DNA of 32,000 nucleotides from Fodinibius salipaludis. Lineage in GTDB: Bacteria; Bacteroidota; Rhodothermia; Balneolales; Balneolaceae. The notes beneath the pieces were generated by a model. It was not told the DNA's origin. It searched no databases and worked only from the letters and a program-made list of their open reading frames with translations. Of this stretch, positions 8,013 through 16,436 are shown piece by piece. The position numbers and the translations under genes were made by a program. The first letter of the stretch is position 1, and each line of letters starts with the position of its first letter. The DNA is taken from the NCBI RefSeq assembly GCF_002287075.1, contig NZ_NSKE01000004.1, positions 321,492 through 353,491 of the forward strand, given 5' to 3'.

Positions 8013-8789
8013 TCAGGCCATCGTAGCCAACAGGTTCACTAAGTACTCGAATAAGCGATCGAACATCTTACCAAAGGCATCCGGCATGTAGGGAAGCATC
8101 CAGGAAAGCAGTGTAAAGCCAAGCAAAAGCTTAATGGGTATAGCGATAAAAAGAATATTTGCTTGGGGCATAATCCGGGCAAAAATAGCCAGAGAGAGGT
8201 CTAAAATAAAAAGCACTACCAGAAATGGAGCAGCGATCTGTATGGCAATCACAAAGAGATAGTTTGCCACCTCAAGCATAAACGGACCTGCCTGTTTTAG
8301 CTCTGCCTGGTTAAGGGGAATAACCTCAAAGCTTTTTACCAATCCATTAATAAAAATCTTATCTCCATCCATCGACAAGAATACCAAGACGGCAAGCATC
8401 GTAAATAGGTTGCCCACGATATCAGTTTTCTGCTGGGACATTGCATCTATAATCTGGGCAAAACTTAAGGTAATCTTAAGACTGATAAGCCGCCCCGCCA
8501 TTTCGATACCTGCAAAGATCAGCTGTCCGACTAATCCCAGTGCAACCCCCACCAACAACTCCAAAACGATCGCCGTAACAACAAAAGGAAGCGTAGGCTG
8601 AAGGGGGCCCAAAACACTTTCCTCCGGAATTACAAACGAAAGAATAAAGGTAAGTATCAGCGCAAAAAAAAGCTTAACCCTACGCGGAAAGGCAGCAGAA
8701 TTAAAATAAGGCGCCGTCATGATGAGGCTGCTGATTCGGACAAATATCAGAAAAAGGGCTAAGACAAAGTTGGAGGACAGCAGCGTCAT
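8013..8789 (-). CDS. fliR: Flagellar export apparatus protein FliR
   Basis: 258-aa polytopic membrane protein. The N-terminus LALFLIFVRISSLIMTAPYF is typical of FliR. It is the last gene of the fliP-fliQ-fliR trio. Confidence 0.9.
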   Translation of the reverse strand: MTLLSSNFVLALFLIFVRISSLIMTAPYFNSAAFPRRVKLFFALILTFILSFVIPEESVLGPLQPTLPFVVTAIVLELLVGVALGLVGQLIFAGIEMAGRLISLKITLSFAQIIDAMSQQKTDIVGNLFTMLAVLVFLSMDGDKIFINGLVKSFEVIPLNQAELKQAGPFMLEVANYLFVIAIQIAAPFLVVLFILDLSLAIFARIMPQANILFIAIPIKLLLGFTLLSWMLPYMPDAFGKMFDRLFEYLVNLLATMA

Positions 8790-8821
8790 TATACCACCGT
8801 TATCTTATTACCAGATGGCAT

Positions 8822-9091
8822 TTAATTGACTAACTCAGGAATTATCTCAATAACTCGTTCTGTAAATCCAATAGCATATTGCAACATAAAGCCAAACGAA
8901 AGAAATAGGATAATTGCTACTACTGCCATTTTAGGCACGTAACTAAGCGTAAGCTCCTGAATAGAAGTCGCTGCCTGAAAAATAGCAACCGCCAAACCAA
9001 CCACTACTGCAGCGATCAAAGGTGGAGCAGATAAAGCTACTACTGCCGTTAACATCTCTTGTAACCAAAATAATGCCGTTTCTGTATTCAT
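8822..9091 (-). CDS. fliQ: Flagellar export apparatus protein FliQ
   Basis: 89 aa with two TM segments. It has the conserved block VGLAVAIFQAATSIQELTLSYVPKM. Confidence 0.92.
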   Translation of the reverse strand: MNTETALFWLQEMLTAVVALSAPPLIAAVVVGLAVAIFQAATSIQELTLSYVPKMAVVAIILFLSFGFMLQYAIGFTERVIEIIPELVN

Positions 9092-9106
9092 AATATTTTA
9101 TTCTTA

Positions 9107-9901
9107 TTAATTAAAACTTTGCACCAGTGATTGTACGAGTAAATACCATCCATCGGTAAGTACAAACACCAGTATTTTAAACGGCAGCGATACCAATACC
9201 GGGGGCAAAAACATAATACCCATGGAAAGCAGCACTGCGGCCACAACCAAATCAATTACTACAAACGGCAGATATATCATAAAGCCAATCTGGAATGCTA
9301 TCCGCAGCTCACTCATCACGAAAGAAGGTACTACGATATAAAAAGGGATCTCCTCTACGCTGCTCACCGACTCTATCCCCACCATATCCATAAAAAAGAG
9401 TAGCTCCTTTTCGCGCGTCTGTTTAACCATAAATTCTTTGAGTGGCGTCGAAGCCTCTCCCAGTGCTTCCATCTGCGTTATTTCTTCATTTAAATAAGGT
9501 TGTACTGCGTCTTCATTTACCTGCTCAAAAGTCGGCATCATAATAAAAATCGTAAGAAACAGTGCCAGCCCTATTAATACCTTATTAGGAGGCGATTGCT
9601 GGGTACCCAATCCCATCCTTAAAAAGAAAAAGACCACAACAATACGGGTAAAGCTGGTCATCATCGTAATAAAAGCAGACCCAAACGATAAAATGGTAAC
9701 CAGAATTAATGCCTGTATGGCTACTGAAAGATCTTCACCCTCCATCCCCAAATCGATAGGAGGCGTTGCCTGCAAAAATGCCGTTACATTAAATCCTGCA
9801 TACGAGAGCGAGCTTGCCCACCCCGTAACAGGGAGGAGCAGTACCAGCAAGCCGGCAATAGTTCCAATTTTTTTCCACGAAATAGTTCCAAAAAATTTCA
9901 T
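9107..9901 (-). CDS. fliP: Flagellar export apparatus protein FliP (start trimmed to MKFFG...)
   Basis: It has the conserved blocks MMTSFTRIVVVFFFLRMGLGTQQSPPNKVLIGLALFLTIFIMMPTF. The ATG at 9901-9899 abuts the fliO stop (9905-9903) and gives a signal-peptide-like N-terminus. The longer track ORF (to 9964) would overlap fliO by 62 nt. Confidence 0.92.
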   Translation of the reverse strand: MKFFGTISWKKIGTIAGLLVLLLPVTGWASSLSYAGFNVTAFLQATPPIDLGMEGEDLSVAIQALILVTILSFGSAFITMMTSFTRIVVVFFFLRMGLGTQQSPPNKVLIGLALFLTIFIMMPTFEQVNEDAVQPYLNEEITQMEALGEASTPLKEFMVKQTREKELLFFMDMVGIESVSSVEEIPFYIVVPSFVMSELRIAFQIGFMIYLPFVVIDLVVAAVLLSMGIMFLPPVLVSLPFKILVFVLTDGWYLLVQSLVQSFN

Positions 9902-9902
9902 A

Positions 9903-10463
9903 TTACGACATCTCACTCTTAAAGAGTTTCCTAAATAAGTCCTTATTTTCCGAATCCTGCTCATCAGTCTCTTCCTTCCATTCGTCCTGTGGATATCGAT
10001 GCAACAAATTCACCGAACTGGATGTAACTCCAACCACCCATACTTCTTCATTTATTTGGATGACTTTGAGCTTAGCCCCTTCGCCAAGCACCTGACTATC
10101 CAATTCTCGGCCCCTGCGCTTGGTTTGGCCTGATTGTTTGCGGTCAACCCAAAACCAAACTATGATTAATACAACCAGTAGTACTAAAAAAGTAACGAGT
10201 CCATTTGTAAACATCCCCGATGACTGTTCGTACGATCGAACCTCTTTTGCCTTACTCTCTTGCCCTTCGGATGAAATAATCTCAGTGGTGTCGGCTTTAG
10301 CTTCCGACTTAACATATTCTTCGGCATTGGGACCTTGATTATAATCGACCTGTGATAACGTAAACAACCACATCAACAAAAGTATGACGGCCAGACCAAT
10401 AACAATTTTCAGAATTTTACTGGGCGCAACATCCAGCGAAGAAAGTTTATCCCTCAGGTCCAT
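9903..10463 (-). CDS. fliO: Flagellar biosynthesis protein FliO/FliZ-like
   Basis: 186 aa located between fliN and fliP. It has a TM helix followed by a basic patch (WFWVDRKQSGQTKRRGR) and the C-terminal block VLGEGAKLKVIQINEEVWVVGVTSSSVNLL typical of FliO. An additional N-terminal TM segment is present. Confidence 0.7.
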   Translation of the reverse strand: MDLRDKLSSLDVAPSKILKIVIGLAVILLLMWLFTLSQVDYNQGPNAEEYVKSEAKADTTEIISSEGQESKAKEVRSYEQSSGMFTNGLVTFLVLLVVLIIVWFWVDRKQSGQTKRRGRELDSQVLGEGAKLKVIQINEEVWVVGVTSSSVNLLHRYPQDEWKEETDEQDSENKDLFRKLFKSEMS

Positions 10464-11445
10464 TTTTAATCTTTGCTAAACGTTTCTTTGTTGTTACTAA
10501 ACTTGATATACGAACACCGAAGTGCTCATCAATTACCACCACTTCGCCAAGGGCAATGCGATTGCCATTTACCAGAATGTCGACAGGTTCACCCGCCAGT
10601 TTTTCGAGCTCAATTACAGAACCTTTAGCCAACTCCAGCACCTTGCCTAACGGCAGTTCAATACGTCCCAGCTCTACAGACACATCAAGGTCCACATCCT
10701 TTAAAAGATCCATGCTGTGAACTTCTCCATTGCCGTTACCATTCTCTTCGGCAAACTCTGCAAATTCGATATGTCGCGCTGATATTACCTTTTCTTTCTT
10801 ACGCTCTTTGGGCTCCGATCTTGTATTAATGGAAGAAAAGTCTTCATCATCTTCTTCCTCAAGCGAACTCAGTTCACTTAGGGTCTCTTCTTCAAATTCG
10901 TCCTCCTCATCTTCAGCAGGCTCTTCGATCTCCTCCTTTTCTATTTCCGTTTCCGGATCACCCAACAGAAACTCTGCCCGAACAACCTCATCGGCAATGC
11001 CTTCAATATCCAGCTTGGTCCAAATGTACTTTTCATGGGCCAGCTCTTCCTGCATCTCTACTTTCGACAGCACCTTTACTTCACTGAACTCAAATTCCAA
11101 ATCGTTTGAAGCAGCTTCTTCTTTAATTGCGTCGGCAAGGTCATCCGCAAACTCTTCGAGTAAGCCGATGGTTTGCTCATTTTTTTCTTTCTCTTCAATA
11201 CCCAGCATAATACTTGACAGCAGGCCGAACCATTCTTGGTCAAGGACAATGATTACATCCGAACTGATATTCTGCTCTCGGGCATACAGATATACATCGG
11301 TATTATTGAGATGCTCTAAGGCAATTTCATTTTCTACTTCTTCAAAAGCGTCTACTTCAATATCTGTTTCTTCAAGCAAAATAGAGGTCAAAAACTCCTC
11401 TATTGTTGGTACGTATTGCTCTAAATTTTCTTTAAGGATATCCAT
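10447..11445 (-). CDS. fliN: Flagellar motor switch protein FliN/FliY-type (long N-terminal extension + C-terminal SpoA domain)
   Basis: 332 aa. The C-terminal ~80 aa form a SpoA/FliN domain: DVSVELGRIELPLGKVLELAKGSVIELEKLAGEPVDILVNGNRIALGEVVVIDEHFGVRI. Upstream are a ~160-aa N-domain and a poly-acidic linker. I see no CheC-type D/S-x3-E-x2-N motif. Confidence 0.85.
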   Translation of the reverse strand: MDILKENLEQYVPTIEEFLTSILLEETDIEVDAFEEVENEIALEHLNNTDVYLYAREQNISSDVIIVLDQEWFGLLSSIMLGIEEKEKNEQTIGLLEEFADDLADAIKEEAASNDLEFEFSEVKVLSKVEMQEELAHEKYIWTKLDIEGIADEVVRAEFLLGDPETEIEKEEIEEPAEDEEDEFEEETLSELSSLEEEDDEDFSSINTRSEPKERKKEKVISARHIEFAEFAEENGNGNGEVHSMDLLKDVDLDVSVELGRIELPLGKVLELAKGSVIELEKLAGEPVDILVNGNRIALGEVVVIDEHFGVRISSLVTTKKRLAKIKNGPEG

Positions 11446-11454
11446 AATTAAAAT

Positions 11455-12390
11455 TTATATAACTTCCTGTTCGTTAATCTCTTCTATCATATTGTAAATT
11501 TTGACGGCTCGGCGTCCGCGTAAAACTCCCGGATAAGCCGACATCTTGTGAACATTATTTACCTTCACCTTCAACGGTTGATCGGCACGCTGTTCAAGCG
11601 GTATCACATCTCCTTCTTTAAGATCAAGAATATTTTGTACGGTGAGCTTGGTTTCTCCCAATAGCGGCTTAATGCTAACGCCGGCATTTGAAAGGGTATA
11701 CTTGTATGATTCCAACTGCTTTTCGGAGAGCTCCACGGTTTCGGTCTTTTTTCCTTTTTTTAACACCGAATTATTCATCGCCTCTTTTAAAAGACTATAG
11801 GGATAAGAAAGGTGAAAGTTGACTTTACGATCTCCGAAACTCACCGAAATACCTACTACAATGGTGGGATCAACCGAAGCCAGGTGGATGTTCTCGGGCT
11901 TGCTCTCGAAAGTTGATGACTTGATCTCGAACTCCATGTAAGGCTCCCAGGCCTTCATGATTTCATCATTAATACTCCGTACAATACGAGAAATGATCTT
12001 CTCTTCGATTATGGTAAGTGTACGACGCTCCGAAAGGTCTCCTCCATATCCACCACTCTGTCGCTCTACAAGATGAATACAGAATCCTGGAGGCATCACC
12101 ATAATAATATTGCCCGAAGAATCATCAACCGACAACAAGTAAATTACACTCGGGCTTTTAATCTTATTGATGAATTTACTCGAGGAAATCTGTTCGATTT
12201 TCTCTAAACTCACATCCACTTTTGCACGTAATGCGCTACTAAAAATGCGACTAACACTACGAGCAAAAATATCGTGCAGCGAACGGAGATTACGCATAAT
12301 CTCCTTACTAAACAGCTTTGGCTGCTTAAAGTCGTAGGTCTCTACATATTTAACATCTGCGAGCTGCTGCCCAGACTCTGGCGATTCCAT
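11455..12390 (-). CDS. fliM: Flagellar motor switch protein FliM
   Basis: 311 aa. It has YDFKQPKLFSKEIMRNLRSLHDIFARS near the N-terminus (FliM family) and a C-terminal SpoA-like region (KLTVQNILDLKEGDVIPLEQ...KVKVNNVHKMSAYPG). It lies between fliL and fliN. Confidence 0.9.
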   Translation of the reverse strand: MESPESGQQLADVKYVETYDFKQPKLFSKEIMRNLRSLHDIFARSVSRIFSSALRAKVDVSLEKIEQISSSKFINKIKSPSVIYLLSVDDSSGNIIMVMPPGFCIHLVERQSGGYGGDLSERRTLTIIEEKIISRIVRSINDEIMKAWEPYMEFEIKSSTFESKPENIHLASVDPTIVVGISVSFGDRKVNFHLSYPYSLLKEAMNNSVLKKGKKTETVELSEKQLESYKYTLSNAGVSIKPLLGETKLTVQNILDLKEGDVIPLEQRADQPLKVKVNNVHKMSAYPGVLRGRRAVKIYNMIEEINEQEVI

Positions 12391-12420
12391 AAATATTGTT
12401 TCGTTCGGATATTAATTCCA

Positions 12421-12903
12421 TCATTGCATTACGTATTTAGAGTAGTACAAATTGCGTACCGAACGAGAATCTATCGCATCATTAATTATTTGTATCAACT
12501 CTACACGCAGATCTTCCTTATCCTTAATACCCTGCAGCTCAGTTACTGTTTTAGCAGACAGGTACTTTATGATGTTATTTCGAATCTTAGATCGATGCTC
12601 TTCAATTAGCGGCTGATCGTCTATACTGTCCAGCTCAAGGGATAATTGGACCAACAGATAACGCTGGCCATTGGTATCTGCCGGATTTACAATGATTTCA
12701 TTGAGCTCTGCTTTGCCGCGTTCTACAGGTACCAAGCTTTGTGTATAGTCATAAATAGCGTCATAATTTTGGGTAACAATTGAATACGCAACAAATACCT
12801 GACCCAAAACCAAAAACAAAATCAGGAAATATTTTCCATATCGTCGAAAAATTGACTGCTTCGATTTCTTCTTATCTTCTATTGAATTTTTCTTATTTGC
12901 CAT
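12421..12903 (-). CDS. fliL: Flagellar basal body-associated protein FliL
   Basis: 160 aa with a single N-terminal TM segment. It has the FliL-like body (RYLLVQLSLELDS...IRNNIIKYLSAKT) and the canonical position between motB and fliM. Confidence 0.8.
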   Translation of the reverse strand: MANKKNSIEDKKKSKQSIFRRYGKYFLILFLVLGQVFVAYSIVTQNYDAIYDYTQSLVPVERGKAELNEIIVNPADTNGQRYLLVQLSLELDSIDDQPLIEEHRSKIRNNIIKYLSAKTVTELQGIKDKEDLRVELIQIINDAIDSRSVRNLYYSKYVMQ

Positions 12904-12916
12904 AGTAATTACCTCT

Positions 12917-13657
12917 TCAGTTCATCTTTTTCATCACAACCTTGCGCAATGAATCAACATCCAGTTCCGTCATATCAACTTTGATACTCTGCTCTTCCTG
13001 TTCATAGTTGATGTATATCTCAACCCGCCTGTTTCGGCGGCGTCCTTCAGGGGTTTCGTTTGTATCTACCGGCTGATATTCACCATAACTGCTGGCCTCA
13101 AATTTACCGGCAGAAAGATCCGCCGATTCATTTAAAAACAGCACCACCGACACCGCTCGCGCCGCCCCCAAATGCCAATTTGTACGATACATTGAACTCT
13201 CTGATATAGGTACATTATCTGTATGTCCGTGTGTTTTCACCTCTCTGACATTAGGTCCAATAGCTTCAGCAATCCGTTTTAATACCGTTTCTGAACGTGC
13301 TAATAGCTGTGCAGATCCACTATTAAACGTCAAAGAATCGTTAAGAGTTATCTTAACCCCTTCATCTGTTTTTTCAATATCCACTTCCTCAGAGTATCCC
13401 TGATCTTCCAGAAATTTTTGCACCTCCTGCCATTCTTCTCTCATTTGGCCATCATCCTGCTTTTTGCTTGCTTCCTCCTTATCAAATACAACACTGGTAG
13501 AAGATTGAAAATGGGATATGATATCATTAAATGTAGACTCATCTATCCCAGGAGTCATCACATACAGCAATACAAAAAAGACTAACAACAGCGTAACCAT
13601 GTCGCTGTATGTTGTTAGCCAGTTTCCAGTTCCAGATTCTCGTTCAATTTCTCCCAT
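12917..13657 (-). CDS. motB: Flagellar stator protein MotB (OmpA-like peptidoglycan-binding domain)
   Basis: 246 aa. The N-terminal TM segment carries the conserved channel Asp (NWLTTYSDMVTLLLVFFVLL). The C-terminal OmpA-like block reads GHTDNVPI...NWHLGAARAVSVVLFL...SYGEYQPV...RRRNRRVEI. Confidence 0.88.
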   Translation of the reverse strand: MGEIERESGTGNWLTTYSDMVTLLLVFFVLLYVMTPGIDESTFNDIISHFQSSTSVVFDKEEASKKQDDGQMREEWQEVQKFLEDQGYSEEVDIEKTDEGVKITLNDSLTFNSGSAQLLARSETVLKRIAEAIGPNVREVKTHGHTDNVPISESSMYRTNWHLGAARAVSVVLFLNESADLSAGKFEASSYGEYQPVDTNETPEGRRRNRRVEIYINYEQEEQSIKVDMTELDVDSLRKVVMKKMN

Positions 13658-14499
13658 TCTTCAGTCTGATATGTTGGCCATTTTTGGTAAAGTCGATCTA
13701 CACGGTCTGTGCCATATGCTAATTTTTCGTGATATTTTTTATACTCGGCTCGTTTTTTAGGCTCAAGATATATGAGCATTTTATTTTCCATAATACGCGG
13801 GTTCTCTTCCTCTACCATCGAAAGAACTCCCACACGAAACATTTCCTTTCTATTCAGATCTAATTTGCTCAAATACTCCAATTTTCCGGCCAGCGGCCCT
13901 AAAATCATGTTCGATAATATCGTACCATAAAGGGTTGTAATAAGTGCAACCGCCAAACCGGCTCCGAGCGACTTGGGATCATCAATATTTTGAAGCATCA
14001 GGATCATGCCGATTAATGTTCCAATCATTCCAAATGCAGGAGCGTATTCCGACATTGAATCCAATACCTTTACCGATATTGACAATTGGCGCTTTTGGCT
14101 TTGAATTTCGTCATCAAGGATATTACCCAAGCTCTCTTTATTGTATCCGTCAACGGCCAACTGAATCGCATTCTGCAAGAAATCATTTTCGATACTGCCA
14201 ATTTCGTCATCAAGTGTAAGAATACCGTCGGTTCGAACCTTCTTGGCAAACATGCGCATCAATTCCATGTCGGTCCGTAAATCGACCGATTTAGCCCCCA
14301 TCATTTTGCTAATCACCTTAAAACTATACTTAATGTTTTCGTAACTATAGTTTACCAATGTAGCAGCTAAAACGCCGCCGGCTACAATCAGGAATGATGA
14401 CATACTCGCAAATATCATCAGGTTTCCCTGTAGAACAATTGCCAGCAAAATTAATGTGAACCCTGATACAAATCCTATGATGGTTGATCTATCTAACAT
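13615..14499 (-). CDS. motA: Flagellar stator protein MotA
   Basis: 294 aa of the MotA/TolQ/ExbB family. TM3/TM4 read EYAPAFGMIGTLIGMILML...LAVALITTLYGTILSNMILGPLAGKL. It lies immediately upstream of motB, and its 3' end overlaps the motB start by 43 nt. Confidence 0.9.
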   Translation of the reverse strand: MLDRSTIIGFVSGFTLILLAIVLQGNLMIFASMSSFLIVAGGVLAATLVNYSYENIKYSFKVISKMMGAKSVDLRTDMELMRMFAKKVRTDGILTLDDEIGSIENDFLQNAIQLAVDGYNKESLGNILDDEIQSQKRQLSISVKVLDSMSEYAPAFGMIGTLIGMILMLQNIDDPKSLGAGLAVALITTLYGTILSNMILGPLAGKLEYLSKLDLNRKEMFRVGVLSMVEEENPRIMENKMLIYLEPKKRAEYKKYHEKLAYGTDRVDRLYQKWPTYQTEEWEKLNENLELETG

Positions 14500-14644
14500 A
14501 GGTATGCTTATCGTCTAATTAATTAATTTCTTAATAAGAAAATCGAGGAAGGGGGAACTATCGCTATGGTTTGTTACAAAATATTTGAGAAGCGATATGC
14601 TATCTCAAAAACGTTACTTTTTAATACATAAATGGCAACAGACA

Positions 14645-14687
14645 TAAAAAAGCCCCGAACCTGTATCTCCCAATACAAACCCGGGGC
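14645..14687 (-). terminator. Strong rho-independent terminator/attenuator between flgE and motA
   Basis: The minus-strand RNA reads GCCCCG-GGUU-UGUAU-[UGGGAG]-AUACA-GGUU-CGGGGC-UUUUUU. The stem is 6 GC pairs, 4 G.U wobbles and 5 further pairs, followed by a U6 tract. The G.U pairs become A.C mismatches on the plus strand, so the structure is specific to the minus strand. Confidence 0.65.
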
Positions 14688-14726
14688 GTTATCTACCTCC
14701 CAATTATGAAAGCAGTTTTTATAACA

Positions 14727-16346
14727 TTATCGCTTGAGATTCACAGCTTCGGTAAGCATCTCATCAGAAGTACTAATAACACGCGCACTTGACTGATAAG
14801 CTCGTTGCGAAGTAATCATCTCGGTAAATTCCTGAGCCAAATCAACGTTTGATCCTTCCAGAGAACCGGACTGAATACTGCTGTTTGCCACGTTATCGGC
14901 GGTATCCACAAATACTTCGCCAGCCGCGGATGTAGCTCTGAAAAGGCCTCCACCGACCATCTCTAATCCATCTTCATTTTGAACATCACCAAGAGCCAGT
15001 TGAGCCAAATTCTGATTTTGGCCATTATCGTACACCCCTTGCACGCGCCCATCACCGTCGATGCGCACATCTACAAGTGATCCCTGGGTATAACCATTCT
15101 GGTTTAATACCTTAGCGGTATTGGCACCTGAATACTGGGTAAAATCAGTACCTCCGGCCCCTCCAAGGTTTACTTCAAAATTGGAAGTACTTGCTCCATT
15201 ACCGGGATTGAATTCAATATCAAAGGTATCACCGGAATCAATTTGTCCCATTTCATCAAACGTAACAGTGCCTGTTGCAGCCCCACCCGTTATTTCCTCT
15301 CCGTTCGCAAAAGTGGCTTCATAATCCCACTCATTAGGACCGGATTGTGTAAAGTCAACCAACAGAGAATGCTCTTGGCCAAGATCATCATACACGGTGG
15401 TACTCATTGTTTTAGTTCCTGTTTCCCCTTCTTGGGTAACCTGGAATCCCGGGGTATTCATATCACCAGTTCCACCGCTTATAGTAATGGAATCCACATC
15501 AAGTTCACTGTCACCCAGCGAATCGGATTTTAACTTTAACATACCGTCGACCAGTGTCAACTCACCCTCGGCGATACTACCATTTAATCCGCTTACGACA
15601 TCACCAAGCGTATCATTGGCTCCCGTCAAGTTGTAATCCGCTGTTTGGGCATTTCCATCACCATCCACATAATTAACGGTAATAGTCTCACTTCCATCAA
15701 AGTTAGTGTTCGTTTGACTGAGATCATTTAGCTGTGTTGTTGATGATGCAATGTTGCCGCTGCTATCAGTAAACGAACTCTGTGCCTGAACTATCTGGGC
15801 AGTGCTTGTATTAGAATTTAGATTCCCACCTACATTTACCTCACTGGTTCTTTGAGGTTCTAACACGTTTTCAAAATCAACTTGTACATTATCAGTTGCG
15901 CCCCCGCCGAGAATATTCCCAGAATCGTTGGCATTGTATCCCTGCACGTAATTACCTGTTTGATCTACCAGATTGCCATCTTTGTTAAAGGTAAAATTTC
16001 CGGCACGGGTCATAAGATCCTGTGATCCATTATTAACCACAAAATATCCATCTCCTTCGATAGCAAGATCAGTCGTTTTCCCGGTATTCTCGATCGTTCC
16101 CTGACTAAAATCACGATCTACAGAGGCTACACGCACTCCCAGACCTACCTGATTGCTTAGTGAAGGAGCCGACTCTCCGCCTCCTGATCCACCAATATTC
16201 TCATTCATCAATTCCGAAAAGGTAACTCTCGAGGATTTAAATCCTGTAGTATCCACATTCGAAATATTGTTTCCAATAGCATCCATCTTTGTTTGGAAAC
16301 TCTTTAATCCACTTACACCTGAATTTAGCGATTTAATTAAAGACAT
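14727..16346 (-). CDS. flgE: Flagellar hook protein FlgE
   Basis: 539 aa. It has the N-terminal MSLIKSLNSGVSGLKSFQTKMDAIGNNISNVDTTGFK and the C-terminal GSLEGSNVDLAQEFTEMITSQRAYQSSARVISTSDEML. It is preceded by one of the few clear SD sequences in the window (AAGGAG, 6 nt before the ATG). Confidence 0.92.
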   Translation of the reverse strand: MSLIKSLNSGVSGLKSFQTKMDAIGNNISNVDTTGFKSSRVTFSELMNENIGGSGGGESAPSLSNQVGLGVRVASVDRDFSQGTIENTGKTTDLAIEGDGYFVVNNGSQDLMTRAGNFTFNKDGNLVDQTGNYVQGYNANDSGNILGGGATDNVQVDFENVLEPQRTSEVNVGGNLNSNTSTAQIVQAQSSFTDSSGNIASSTTQLNDLSQTNTNFDGSETITVNYVDGDGNAQTADYNLTGANDTLGDVVSGLNGSIAEGELTLVDGMLKLKSDSLGDSELDVDSITISGGTGDMNTPGFQVTQEGETGTKTMSTTVYDDLGQEHSLLVDFTQSGPNEWDYEATFANGEEITGGAATGTVTFDEMGQIDSGDTFDIEFNPGNGASTSNFEVNLGGAGGTDFTQYSGANTAKVLNQNGYTQGSLVDVRIDGDGRVQGVYDNGQNQNLAQLALGDVQNEDGLEMVGGGLFRATSAAGEVFVDTADNVANSSIQSGSLEGSNVDLAQEFTEMITSQRAYQSSARVISTSDEMLTEAVNLKR

Positions 16347-16436
16347 AACTTACTCCTTTTTTTATAAGTACAGCTTTCTATTACTACTAATATTCACTGT
16401 ATGATTGTTGTTAAACTGATTCGTTTGTTTTCCTGC

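Noticed and set aside
9902-9964. Longer FliP N-terminus (MSRIRKIRTYLGNSLRVRCRN...) from the track ORF
   Set aside because: It would overlap fliO by 62 nt. The internal ATG at 9901 abuts the fliO stop and yields a normal signal-peptide-like FliP N-terminus.
10730-11497. 255-aa Ser-rich plus-strand ORF, the longest unassigned ORF in the track
   Set aside because: It is antisense to fliN/fliM. Its poly-Ser composition is the mirror image of the Glu/Asp-rich (GAA/GAG/GAT) acidic linker of FliN. It has no independent start context or domain.
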